Source: a virus. Taken from it: a stretch of 64,000 nucleotides of DNA. Made by a program: the position numbers and the translations under genes. How positions within the stretch are numbered: the stretch's first letter is position 1; every line of letters starts with the position of its first letter. Location: positions 8,317-72,316 of IMG/VR virus record IMGVR_UViG_3300032282_004151, one strand, 5' to 3'. Below the pieces are notes generated by a model. That model was given only the letters and a program-made list of their open reading frames with translations. It made no database searches and was not told the DNA's origin. Positions 25,863 through 35,135 of the stretch are shown piece by piece.

Positions 25863-25907
25863 AACTTGGTACTTGCACTTTTAAAATAAATAGATCATAG
25901 TATTCCC

Positions 25908-26096
25908 ATGATGAACACCACCGCCAACTACGCCAGCTATCGCCTCCTCTCCAATGGTCGCTGCATTGGGGAGATCAGCTTCCCCAACAACACCGTCAAC
26001 GCCAACTTTGGTGGGGTCTGCTTCTATGACCCTGTTACGGGCACCTTCCTTGGCACCACCAACGTCAACGGCTTTGTCCTTGAGCGGGTCGAGTGA
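25908..26096 (+). CDS. hypothetical early protein (last of the array)
   Basis: own promoter. Confidence 0.75.
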   Translation: MMNTTANYASYRLLSNGRCIGEISFPNNTVNANFGGVCFYDPVTGTFLGTTNVNGFVLERVE

Positions 26097-26472
26097 CCCC
26101 ACCCCCATACGGGTGGGGCGGGGGTGTAGGGCTTTAACCCCCCACCCCTCCCCCCTCTAGGTGGGGGTTTAGGTGACTTCTAGGTGGGGTAAACCCCCCT
26201 CCCCCCTACCGGGCCATATACACTTTATTGTTAAGGTCAATTTTTCTATCAACTTTTCATATATACGGTTATTCAAGTTTAAGATATTACCTTCTATCCT
26301 TTATACTTTTTCATATACCATCTTTTTACCTTATGTTAGTCTATTTTTAGATTTTAAATTTTTGAAATTTTGTATATAGGATTTTTGTATATACGATCTC
26401 TATTTTTAAAATTTACACAGGTCAATTTTTTCTTATGGAAATTTTGTATATACAGTTTTTGTATATACAGTT
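26097..26472. repeat. G/C-run cluster followed by TTTTGTATATA repeats
   Basis: GGGTGGGGCGGGGGTGTAGGG, poly-C runs and four TTTTGTATATA copies. Confidence 0.7.
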
Positions 26473-26980
26473 TCACTTTATACCCATATTCATCATAAGG
26501 CGTATTATAGCTTTACGATGTGCTAATGGCAGTTTAAAGAATTCTTCTATGCCCGTTGCCCATAGTTCATCATTATTGCTCATACCATAATCATTTACCC
26601 AATTATGTATGTTCTTGAGATATTTTCTATGAAATTCAAAATCCTTGCCGCCTATGCCAGATGAAAATTCATCTTTTACTTTCTTTATTGCTGCTGGTGA
26701 TTTTAGGTTTTGAAATGTACCCATTATAGAAAAATCTGATGGTTTAAGATCATTACTTACCCATAGATAATCGTATATATCTGATACAGAGTTAGATATA
26801 TTGTTGTATAGCTCTGGATTTTTAGCTAGTTCAATTAGCACCTCTTTTTATATTGTACATATCTTTTTTAGATACAGAGGTGTCGATATATACAGAAAAC
26901 ATTGGCGCATCAAACAAATGAATTTGATTTTTTCTGTTTTTGAATTTGCCTTCAATCAAAGATATAAGCTTTATGTGCAT
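26473..26980 (-). pseudogene. frameshifted or split gene (26831-26980 plus 26473-26841)
   Basis: ATATTTATA-ATG MHIKLISLIE.. shifts frame at ATAAAAAGAG into VLIELAK..NDELWATGIEEF. Confidence 0.5.
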
Positions 26981-27026
26981 TTATTATTATAAATATATAT
27001 CATCTTGAAGTATATTTATATGCTAT

Positions 27027-28214
27027 ATGGCAACATACAGTGCTTCATTGTACAACTGGTGGGACGCGACGACGGGCTCGGCGTTTCAAGGTGGCATACC
27101 ATCTGACGGTGCGCAGATTACACAATGGTTTGATGCTGGTGTTGGTGGCATTACATTGAACAATGTTGCCGGTGGTAATAAAGTATCATATACTGCGAGT
27201 GTGCAGAACGGTCAGGGCGCTGTGTTCTTTGCTAATAGCCAAGATAAATTTCTTGATGCTGCATATACTGCATTTAACAACAAGACAGAAGCTACAGTTA
27301 TATTTGCTGGTCGTACACTAACAGCAAGTTTATACCAGCAAGTATTCAGTACAGATAGCAATCAGCTATTTTTAAGAGTATCTGGCTCACATTGGTGCGT
27401 TGGTGCGGCTGGTGCATTTTTCACATCATCCATTGTACCTGATCCAAGTATATCACACGTTTTTACAGTTGTATACAGCGGATCTGGTGCAACTACTGCG
27501 GATAAAATAAAATTTAGAAGAGACGGCGCAGATGTTCCTCTGCATCTTGTATCTGGTAGCATAAGTTCAAGTTTCAATAATACCGGCACCAGATTTTTGG
27601 TTGGTGACAATTCGTCACTCAACTTGGACTTTTATGGATATATTCATGAACTATATGTTTACACAAGTTCATTGACTTCGGCGCAACTGTCTCAAACTGA
27701 AAATTATATCGGTTCAAAATATGCGCTGAATTTGGCTACGCCGACACCAACTCCGACTCCCACAACAACACCTACGCCGACACCAACTCCGACTCCCACA
27801 ACAACACCTACGCCGACACCAACTCCAACTCCAACATCAACCAACGCGCCAACACCCACGCCATCATCAACTCCAGAGCCTTCTCCTACACCAACACCAT
27901 TGCCATCGGTATGTGCGATTGTATTGTTGGACCGCAAATATACAACAATTCCACTTGGTCAAGAATACGCATATGCAACTCCAGTAAATGACTCAACGTT
28001 TGGATTGTATTATCAATTGTCTTGTACACAGAAAAAGACCAGCTTTGACTATTATGCAATATATCCACCTCTTACGGTGTTTAGCAGTTATTATAGTTAT
28101 GTAACATATCTTGGCTTTACGGCGTCATATGATGCAAACACAAAGATTTACTTGAACAAAACTGGCGGATTAGACTGCAGTGAAAATTTGTTACAAGCAA
28201 TCTACAGACCTTGA
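27027..28214 (+). CDS. LamG/ConA-like lectin-fold virion protein with Thr-Pro repeat
   Basis: WWDA..W.D..; [17 protein letters not shown]...KY; (TP)n linker. Confidence 0.8.
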   Translation: MATYSASLYNWWDATTGSAFQGGIPSDGAQITQWFDAGVGGITLNNVAGGNKVSYTASVQNGQGAVFFANSQDKFLDAAYTAFNNKTEATVIFAGRTLTASLYQQVFSTDSNQLFLRVSGSHWCVGAAGAFFTSSIVPDPSISHVFTVVYSGSGATTADKIKFRRDGADVPLHLVSGSISSSFNNTGTRFLVGDNSSLNLDFYGYIHELYVYTSSLTSAQLSQTENYIGSKYALNLATPTPTPTPTTTPTPTPTPTPTTTPTPTPTPTPTSTNAPTPTPSSTPEPSPTPTPLPSVCAIVLLDRKYTTIPLGQEYAYATPVNDSTFGLYYQLSCTQKKTSFDYYAIYPPLTVFSSYYSYVTYLGFTASYDANTKIYLNKTGGLDCSENLLQAIYRP

Positions 28215-28231
28215 TATACTTATATGTACGT

Positions 28232-28426
28232 ATGAACCCAAATATAAAAGAAATTGGAAATGTAATCAAGCAAATGCAAGTTGTCGGCGCAGTAAGTAAT
28301 TCGCCAACCTTTAACCAAGCAGCAGCGGACATTGTAAAGCAGGGTATAGTAGATAAAACTAATGCCAGAATGAACTATACTCCCCAGCTATCAAGACCAA
28401 TAACAACGCCTAAAAAGCCGCTATAA
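28232..28426 (+). CDS. small hypothetical protein
   Basis: ATACTTAT motif upstream. Confidence 0.55.
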   Translation: MNPNIKEIGNVIKQMQVVGAVSNSPTFNQAAADIVKQGIVDKTNARMNYTPQLSRPITTPKKPL

Positions 28427-28459
28427 TACGGGTCTTTCATATATTTATATATTAAATAT

Positions 28460-30139
28460 ATGAGCAGAGTACCGTTTGATATCCAGTTTTTATTAGAAAG
28501 CATATTGTCTGAAGACCCAGACAGAGTGTATCTTACTAAAAACTCGGTGGCGAAGTTGCGCAAAGATGGCTCGGATGTGTTCGAGGATACACTTGATTGG
28601 GACACAACCCCTGACGCTATTCCTTTTTATATAGATCAGGAAGAGAACGTGGTTATTTTTTGCAAAATGAATACTCACGGTAGAATGGAGAGGGCATTAA
28701 GCCACGCCGCTAATGTATCCATAGATAACATAATGTATGAAAGAGATTGTGTTGAAAAAACATACATGAATTGTCATGGCATTTATGTAAAATCAGGCAT
28801 TGATGTTGCAGTTTATTTTTATGGCCTTCCTAAAAGCAATATGGAAGGCATCAAGGAATATTTGAAGGAAAACCGTACACGATTAAAGCGTTTGAAAATA
28901 CGCGGTACTGGTGATGAAAGCGAGGCAATCGAGTTGTGCGGAAGAATGTGGTATCAGCACAGCGCAATAAGTTTTTGGAATGAAAAAGCAAATGTAAGTG
29001 GACTATTTAATCTTGTCTTTAGTTTCATGAAGCAATGCGGAATGAACCCAAGCAAATGTGCATATGAGTTTATTGACAGCAAGCAGATGTTTTCTTACAA
29101 GGAACTTAGAGGCAACGTCGATGACAAAGAAAAATTAAGTCCTGAAGAAATCAAAGCATTACAATCAAAGCAGCATTTGGATCCAAAGGCAAAAGCCAAA
29201 TTGTTTGGACCAGAATATAAACAAAAGCACAAGGAAAAAGCTGCGAAAAGATTTGATTATCCTGCAAAGGCCGACGCATCAATGCCTGCACTTGAAGGTA
29301 GAATAAAACTGAAGGATCTTATCAAGGAAAGTCCAGATGTAATAATATCGGTTGATGGAAAAACTAATTTGGCGCATTATACTTCTGGGGATGCAATTGC
29401 ATTTTTTGCATATCCAAACTTTTCAGCATTAAATCCCGGCGGAGTTCATACCGACATAATGCAGGAGTTTCAAACCGTATATGATAATCTTGATCAGATA
29501 AACAGCGACCCCTCCGAAAAAAAATATTACGCGAATAGAATATATAAACATGGTGTAATTATTTCAAACGTTGATGATATGTTTGATGCATTATCTTCTG
29601 GTCCATTGCATGATTATATTAAAAGTGAAACTTGGAGAAGTGACGATGAGGATCCGGGCGCGTTTAGGGTAAAGTCCAGTGGATTGGGCGGAAGATTGTG
29701 GAAAAATAGAAAGCTAATTTCATTTTGGAACAGCAAGGAAGATGTATTAAAAGATTGGAGTTATGTGGAGAAAATGTTCAGAGATAATCAATTTGAAATC
29801 GGTAATCTCGAAGATTATAATGTAGATTGGATTGAAAGAGATGTTCGTGGTGGCGGAGAACTAACTCCCGCAAGTTCAATATCAAGCTATCGCAGTGAAA
29901 AGAAAGATGATCCCAGCCAACTGAGTTTCCTAGACAAACTTGCTGATGAAAAGCCAATAAGCAAAGAAGAAATCAAGAAGATACAGCAAAGATTGCACAC
30001 TATGTCTGCCCAAGAAAAGAAAAGTGCATTGATGAAACTTGGAGCAACTAACACAAAGGCAGCAGACATTGCAGATAAACTTGGTATGACCGTGGCAGAA
30101 TTCAATCACATAATGAATGTGAACGAAGGAGAAGAATAA
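28460..30139 (+). CDS. internally duplicated protein, probable internal head protein
   Basis: two halves: GRMWYQHSAISFWN and GRLWKNRKLISFWN; LLESILSE and LKDLIKE motifs. Confidence 0.7.
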   Translation: MSRVPFDIQFLLESILSEDPDRVYLTKNSVAKLRKDGSDVFEDTLDWDTTPDAIPFYIDQEENVVIFCKMNTHGRMERALSHAANVSIDNIMYERDCVEKTYMNCHGIYVKSGIDVAVYFYGLPKSNMEGIKEYLKENRTRLKRLKIRGTGDESEAIELCGRMWYQHSAISFWNEKANVSGLFNLVFSFMKQCGMNPSKCAYEFIDSKQMFSYKELRGNVDDKEKLSPEEIKALQSKQHLDPKAKAKLFGPEYKQKHKEKAAKRFDYPAKADASMPALEGRIKLKDLIKESPDVIISVDGKTNLAHYTSGDAIAFFAYPNFSALNPGGVHTDIMQEFQTVYDNLDQINSDPSEKKYYANRIYKHGVIISNVDDMFDALSSGPLHDYIKSETWRSDDEDPGAFRVKSSGLGGRLWKNRKLISFWNSKEDVLKDWSYVEKMFRDNQFEIGNLEDYNVDWIERDVRGGGELTPASSISSYRSEKKDDPSQLSFLDKLADEKPISKEEIKKIQQRLHTMSAQEKKSALMKLGATNTKAADIADKLGMTVAEFNHIMNVNEGEE

Positions 30140-30142
30140 TTT

Positions 30143-30676
30143 ATGGCACGTACAATACCTTTACACGGAAATCCAGAAGGAAATGTTTTTGGAATGGTTG
30201 GAGAAATAATATTATCCGATGATGGAAACTATTATATCAAAGTTTCAAATGACTCAAAGAATACTGGATGGCAAGCAATAGTTTATGCCGAAAGTAGTAC
30301 TCCAACCCCTACACCAACAATAACTCCTACGATAACGCCAACGATAACGTCAACACCAAACCAAGAATCGCCTACGCCAACAAGTACTTCCACTCCAACC
30401 GTTACACCAACAGTTACACCAACGGTGACCGTTACTCCAAGTGAAACTCCTCCAGAACCGTCACCATCTACTGTATATCAATGCCATAATTATGATTTCT
30501 ATTATGATCCCGCTGGAGTTTTGTATGGAACATACCATAACTGCGCAGGAACTCTAATATATGCCAATCAGACTGGAACTCCTTCGACATATGCATATTC
30601 AGATTGCGTGGACGATCTTAATTACACAGTTGACATAACTGATGGTACGTCTCAACAACAATCACCTTGCTATTAA
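30143..30676 (+). CDS. Thr-Pro repeat protein (paralog of 30941)
   Basis: IPLHGNPEG.VFG..KNTGW plus PTVT repeats. Confidence 0.8.
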   Translation: MARTIPLHGNPEGNVFGMVGEIILSDDGNYYIKVSNDSKNTGWQAIVYAESSTPTPTPTITPTITPTITSTPNQESPTPTSTSTPTVTPTVTPTVTVTPSETPPEPSPSTVYQCHNYDFYYDPAGVLYGTYHNCAGTLIYANQTGTPSTYAYSDCVDDLNYTVDITDGTSQQQSPCY

Positions 30677-30677
30677 A

Positions 30678-30935
30678 ATGAACGACGTACTTATTACCAA
30701 AACAATACAAGCTTTGTCCGCGTCATTCTCTGACACTAGACCAAGCGTGAATAGCACAAATTTTTATATACAATCAAATGGATCAAAAATTCCAATTTGG
30801 GGATATCGGGTTTATTCAACATACCCAACTAACGGTTTATTCGTTGTACTTACCAGAACAAAAAGCGGAGACAGTTATATCAATGCCAATTTAACGGACG
30901 ATGTATATTATTCGTCAACACCTTTCACAATTTGA
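30678..30935 (+). CDS. hypothetical protein
   Basis: ORF within the operon. Confidence 0.65.
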   Translation: MNDVLITKTIQALSASFSDTRPSVNSTNFYIQSNGSKIPIWGYRVYSTYPTNGLFVVLTRTKSGDSYINANLTDDVYYSSTPFTI

Positions 30936-30940
30936 TCGTT

Positions 30941-31822
30941 ATGAATAAAGGAATACCAACTCACGGAAATCCAGAATATAGTGTATTTGGCATCATAGGT
31001 ACGACGATTGGTACCGATGAAGGCAAATCGTATTACAAAGAAACTGATGATACAAAGAACATCGGGTGGGTGCAATCATATCCAATAACCACTGTAACAC
31101 CAACTATATCACTTACTCCAACCGAAAATGGAACTCCTACTGTAACACCAACTCCGACGGTTACACCAACGATTACGCCGACTATCACTCCTTCAAATCA
31201 AGAAACGCAAACGCCTACACCAACAGTCACCGAAACTCCCACGGTTACTCCATCTTTAACTCCAGATTTGACGCCAACAACCACCCCAACTCCGACTTCT
31301 ACACAGGGATTGAGCCCAACACCAACACCAACAGAAACTGTTACTCCAACAACAACCCCGACCCCAACGGTGACACCAAGTACTCAAATATATTCGTTAA
31401 CAGTATCTTCCGATGGAAATGGCAGTACCTCGCCGTTTGGAACAAATAGTTATCTTAGTGGAACTTCTGTTATACTATTAGCCAGTCCAAATGTTGGTTA
31501 TTTTTTTAATACTTGGGTATTTACAGGAACTCCAGATCCAAGTGATGGCCCTGAGTATGCCAATAGTACAAATATTATAATGAATGGAGATAGAACCGCT
31601 ACTGCATATTTCACCGCTATACCGCAGTCGTATCAAATATACATTACGCGAGATACAATAGGAAATTATGGATTTACGTATAGAGATAAATTTGGAAACA
31701 TTCAAAGTACAGGTAGTATAGGCGGAGTTCCAAATTCAACAGAATTCAATGTGGCATGTGGCTATGAGATAATCAGTTACAACACTGGTTCGTTTGCAGG
31801 GTTGTCAGCAGTTACTTGCTAA
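30941..31822 (+). CDS. Thr-Pro repeat protein with InlB-B-like repeat
   Basis: IPTHGNPEY.VFG..KNIGW; PTVT repeats; ASPNVGYFFNTW..TAYF. Confidence 0.8.
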   Translation: MNKGIPTHGNPEYSVFGIIGTTIGTDEGKSYYKETDDTKNIGWVQSYPITTVTPTISLTPTENGTPTVTPTPTVTPTITPTITPSNQETQTPTPTVTETPTVTPSLTPDLTPTTTPTPTSTQGLSPTPTPTETVTPTTTPTPTVTPSTQIYSLTVSSDGNGSTSPFGTNSYLSGTSVILLASPNVGYFFNTWVFTGTPDPSDGPEYANSTNIIMNGDRTATAYFTAIPQSYQIYITRDTIGNYGFTYRDKFGNIQSTGSIGGVPNSTEFNVACGYEIISYNTGSFAGLSAVTC

Positions 31823-31877
31823 TAAGATATTTCACAAAGACCTTGACTTTGTATATAATGTGTGCATTATTGTACGC

Positions 31878-32075
31878 ATGATGAATAACACATCTAATAC
31901 AAACACAGTCAAACGCGGTCGCGGTCGTCCTCGTAAGGATACCGTTGCCAATATTACCAATAAGAATAAGCCTATTGATAATTCTATTCCTGCTCTATTA
32001 GAACCCAACATTCATGATATCCACGACGAGCTTGTGCGTATGGATAGCTTTGCGTATTCCCGTTATAACGAATAA
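31878..32075 (+). CDS. small AT-hook protein
   Basis: KRGRGRPRK; promoter TTGACT-16-CATTAT. Confidence 0.7.
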   Translation: MMNNTSNTNTVKRGRGRPRKDTVANITNKNKPIDNSIPALLEPNIHDIHDELVRMDSFAYSRYNE

Positions 32076-32097
32076 CACAACAAAAAACAAAACAAGT

Positions 32098-32289
32098 ATG
32101 ACAAACACAATCAGTAACACAACTGAGACCAAAATGTATGCCATTTTTCGAAATGGCTTCCGCGTCAGCGATTCGGAGTATGACTCCAAGTTGGACGCCC
32201 AGCGAGAACTGGACTATTGGGAAAATATCATCAAGCGCCATCCCGATGGTAGCAAGCTTGAGATCCGTCAACTCAACTATCGTCGTTAA
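32098..32289 (+). CDS. hypothetical protein
   Basis: ORF within the operon. Confidence 0.7.
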   Translation: MTNTISNTTETKMYAIFRNGFRVSDSEYDSKLDAQRELDYWENIIKRHPDGSKLEIRQLNYRR

Positions 32290-32292
32290 TTT

Positions 32293-32502
32293 ATGACAGG
32301 ACTACGTCAAAAAATCCTATCGGCTACTTCTGAGGCGGAAGTGAGCAAGCTGATGGAAGAAGGTAAAACATATGAATTTGCGAGCGTGAAGACTCGGAAT
32401 TCATGGAAGAGCGCTGCGGCACGCAGGCTGCGGGGAGATGTTTACGCCCCCAAGGTTGTAGATGCTCCTGCAAAGAAGAAAAAGGTGCGCCGTAGTCGGT
32501 AA
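32293..32502 (+). CDS. small basic hypothetical protein
   Basis: ORF followed by terminator AAGGGGAGG/CCTCCCCTT. Confidence 0.7.
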   Translation: MTGLRQKILSATSEAEVSKLMEEGKTYEFASVKTRNSWKSAAARRLRGDVYAPKVVDAPAKKKKVRRSR

Positions 32503-32536
32503 CAAAAAGGGGAGGGAAACCTCCCCTTATTTTTTT

Positions 32537-33001
32537 ATGAAAAAACTTCCGAAACATGAATGGAAATGGGTTGAATGTGAACTGGGATACATCAATCCTT
32601 TATTTAAGGAAATGTGGCTGCGGTTTGAGCCTATGGTATTTGACAAAGATACCGAAACCGCCGAACTTGAATTGCACAATAATAACTTTAGAATTGTGGC
32701 AAATCCAAAATTTTGGAAATCATGTGATAGATATAAACAAATATTTATCATCTGCCATGAAATGTGCCATGTGATGTTTGGTCATTGGTTAATCGACCCT
32801 AAGATGAACAGAGAATGGTGCAACATTGCTCAAGATATTCAGGTCAACGAATTCTTGCTTCATCTGCACTTTAATAAAATGCGTTTGGTTGGCGACGACT
32901 TTGTTACACTTGAACTTGTGTTCAAAGACAAAGCAAATCTTGTAAAGAATAGCCAAGATTATAGGTACTATTATGAACTTTTGATGCAGTGTGCATCATA
33001 G
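32537..33001 (+). CDS. HExxH metallopeptidase-like (DUF2201 N-terminal-like)
   Basis: ICHEMCHVMFGH..NIAQDIQVN. Confidence 0.75.
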   Translation: MKKLPKHEWKWVECELGYINPLFKEMWLRFEPMVFDKDTETAELELHNNNFRIVANPKFWKSCDRYKQIFIICHEMCHVMFGHWLIDPKMNREWCNIAQDIQVNEFLLHLHFNKMRLVGDDFVTLELVFKDKANLVKNSQDYRYYYELLMQCAS

Positions 33002-33010
33002 TTATAATAG

Positions 33011-33220
33011 ATGAAAGTTGAAATAACAGAGGCAGAGTTAAAAACACGGCAATATAAAGGTGCCGTGTTTATCTGCCGTTCTTGCAAGGATAACAGTAAC
33101 AAAATAATGATGTTACGTTATGATGAAAGTAAAGATACTCCAAGGGGAGTATACTACCAATTTTGCAGCGATTGCGTAAAGATGCTAAAAGACTGTATTC
33201 CTTGCAGACTTAGGAAATAG
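33011..33220 (+). CDS. small zinc-finger protein
   Basis: CRSC..CSDC. Confidence 0.6.
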   Translation: MKVEITEAELKTRQYKGAVFICRSCKDNSNKIMMLRYDESKDTPRGVYYQFCSDCVKMLKDCIPCRLRK

Positions 33221-33539
33221 ACGGTGGTAAACTTAATGGAGTTGGGGTAGGCGTTGGATGTTGTTGATTTATTTGAATACTTTCCCATCTCGGAGGATTG
33301 TCTGGGCACCTTGAATGTGGAAGATATAATTTTCCAACCGAACATCCACATTTTCCACACGCACCAAAGTTATTATATGCCTCGGGTTTCCAATGTGGGC
33401 ATGCTATGCATATAGTTTTGCGTTGTTGAAATATTTCATCGGATACTCGCTGAAATTTATCGTTGACTGCCCAATTTACGGCGGCTTGACCTAGACTTTT
33501 TGCTTTGTCAATTAAATTTGGTTCTTTGTTCTCTTCCAT
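33210..33539 (-). CDS. Cys-rich hypothetical protein
   Basis: RKTICIACP..CGKCGC..CP..W. Confidence 0.75.
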   Translation of the reverse strand: MEENKEPNLIDKAKSLGQAAVNWAVNDKFQRVSDEIFQQRKTICIACPHWKPEAYNNFGACGKCGCSVGKLYLPHSRCPDNPPRWESIQINQQHPTPTPTPLSLPPSIS

Positions 33540-33553
33540 GATATTTATATGTA

Positions 33554-33931
33554 GTGTTCAACACTGATAAAAAATTACAGATACCTAAAGAATTTACCCT
33601 TTTTGGGCATAAATACAGTGTTGTTATAAAAAAAGATCTGTTTGAAACTGAGGATTGTTATGGTCACGCGGATGATGATTTAAAACAAATCGTCCTACAA
33701 GATGTCGGTGAAGTCAAGAAGATATATGAAGAGGATGGCAAGACGATTGAAGCAAATATGATCATAACGGAAGAAACAATGATCGAAACATTTTTTCATG
33801 AGGTTGTGCATATCATACTTGATGCGTCTGGAGAAATAGAATTATCCGAAAATGAAAAGTTTGTGAATATAATGGGCAAAGCTTGGTTAGAAATATATTT
33901 ATCTTCAACATATGAAAAAGACTCCAAATAA
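33554..33931 (+). CDS. HExxH metallopeptidase-like protein
   Basis: TFFHEVVHIIL..E..V. Confidence 0.75.
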   Translation: MFNTDKKLQIPKEFTLFGHKYSVVIKKDLFETEDCYGHADDDLKQIVLQDVGEVKKIYEEDGKTIEANMIITEETMIETFFHEVVHIILDASGEIELSENEKFVNIMGKAWLEIYLSSTYEKDSK

Positions 33932-34277
33932 GAAGTCTGGTTCAAAGAAAAAAGAAGTTTATGAAACAATAGAACTTCCGTGTAACAACGAAGACATGGA
34001 AAGTTATATCAAAGAGCATAGGGTGGAAATAAATAGAAAAATCGTTAACACCATAAATTATGCACTGCGCAATCATTTGGGCGCTGTTGAAGTATTTTCA
34101 TTCAAGAACTCAAACTTTGTGGTTGTGTTGAACCGAAAGTATTTCAAGGAAAGCTTGGAGAACATACTTGAATTCAGTCTTGGTACAGAAGATTTTGATA
34201 CCTGCGTCAAGGCTAAGAGTATCATAAAAAAGATAGATAAGTTGGACTATATGATTTTGTATAAAAAAATAAAATAA
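33912..34277 (+). CDS. hypothetical protein
   Basis: ORF; EDFDTC C-terminal motif. Confidence 0.7.
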   Translation: MKKTPNKKSGSKKKEVYETIELPCNNEDMESYIKEHRVEINRKIVNTINYALRNHLGAVEVFSFKNSNFVVVLNRKYFKESLENILEFSLGTEDFDTCVKAKSIIKKIDKLDYMILYKKIK

Positions 34278-34280
34278 ACT

Positions 34281-35048
34281 ATGTCAAAGAAAAAAAGACT
34301 ACAGAACAAGAAGATAAAACTTGAAGAACAAATTCACCCACAAGTAGTAAAAGACAAAAGTCCAGTAGTCTACCAACGAAACAAGATAGAACATTTCTTA
34401 ACAATATTTCAGAGAGAGTTAACAGAGAAGCAAAAGAAATTTATTGAACTAGCACTTGATAAGAAAGTCAAGTTGCTATTGGTGTCTGGCCCTGCTGGAT
34501 CCACAAAAACGTATCTGTCTGTCCTCGCGTCACTGATGCTTATGAATGAAAAAAAGATCAGTGACATTCTTTATGTGCGCAGCATTGTTGAAAGCGCAGA
34601 TGTTAAAATGGGAACATTGCCGGGCGAAGCTGATGATAAGCTAAGTCCATACAAGCGACCACTCATTGATAAACTTGACGAGCTTCTGCCGAAGGATGAT
34701 ATTCAATTTCTTATCAAAGATAATCGCATCGAAGGATTGCCAGTTGGCTATCTTCGTGGTTTGAATTGGAACGCCAAGGCAGTCATTGGAGATGAAATGC
34801 AGAACTGTACAAAGAAAGAATTGGTCACTCTTATGACCAGAACTGGTGAATTCAGCAAAGTATTCTTGTGCGGCGATCCTCAACAAAGTGATATTGGAGT
34901 ACGCTCTGGCTTCAGAGATATATTCAATTTATTCAATGATGATGACAGCAAGGCAAACGGTATATATACGTTTGAATTCACAGAAGATGATATCTTACGC
35001 AGCGCTTTGGTGAAGTTTATTGTACAAAAGATCAAAAATTTGGGTTAA
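34281..35048 (+). CDS. phoH: PhoH-like ATPase
   Basis: GPAGSTKT, G.LPG, YLRG, DEMQN, TR.GE.SK, GDPQQSD. Confidence 0.95.
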   Translation: MSKKKRLQNKKIKLEEQIHPQVVKDKSPVVYQRNKIEHFLTIFQRELTEKQKKFIELALDKKVKLLLVSGPAGSTKTYLSVLASLMLMNEKKISDILYVRSIVESADVKMGTLPGEADDKLSPYKRPLIDKLDELLPKDDIQFLIKDNRIEGLPVGYLRGLNWNAKAVIGDEMQNCTKKELVTLMTRTGEFSKVFLCGDPQQSDIGVRSGFRDIFNLFNDDDSKANGIYTFEFTEDDILRSALVKFIVQKIKNLG

Positions 35049-35135
35049 TTTTTGTATAAAAACTTCTTTATTATAAAACCTCGTCAAATGGTATATATTT
35101 TTCCATTTGATTGATATTTATAGTGAAAAGATATC

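Larger units (their letters stand above)
4498..25910 (+). promoter_or_regulatory. array of about 40 sigma70-type early promoters (TTGACW-16/17 nt T/A-rich-YANNNT-6 to 10 nt-ATG)
   Basis: examples near 4955, 7317, 7532, 7822, 8231, 9054, 9807, 10564, 12041, 12581, 13873, 14125, 14731, 15343, 15661, 17773, 22113, 23962, 24525, 25505. Confidence 0.9.

Noticed and set aside
4498-26096. CRISPR array or integron attC array
   Set aside because: The repeats are degenerate promoters separated by whole genes. No cas or integrase gene and no attC-like dyads were seen.
27736-27900. Tandem DNA repeat (CCGACACCAACT..)
   Set aside because: It simply encodes the Thr-Pro linker, so it is coding low complexity rather than a separate element.
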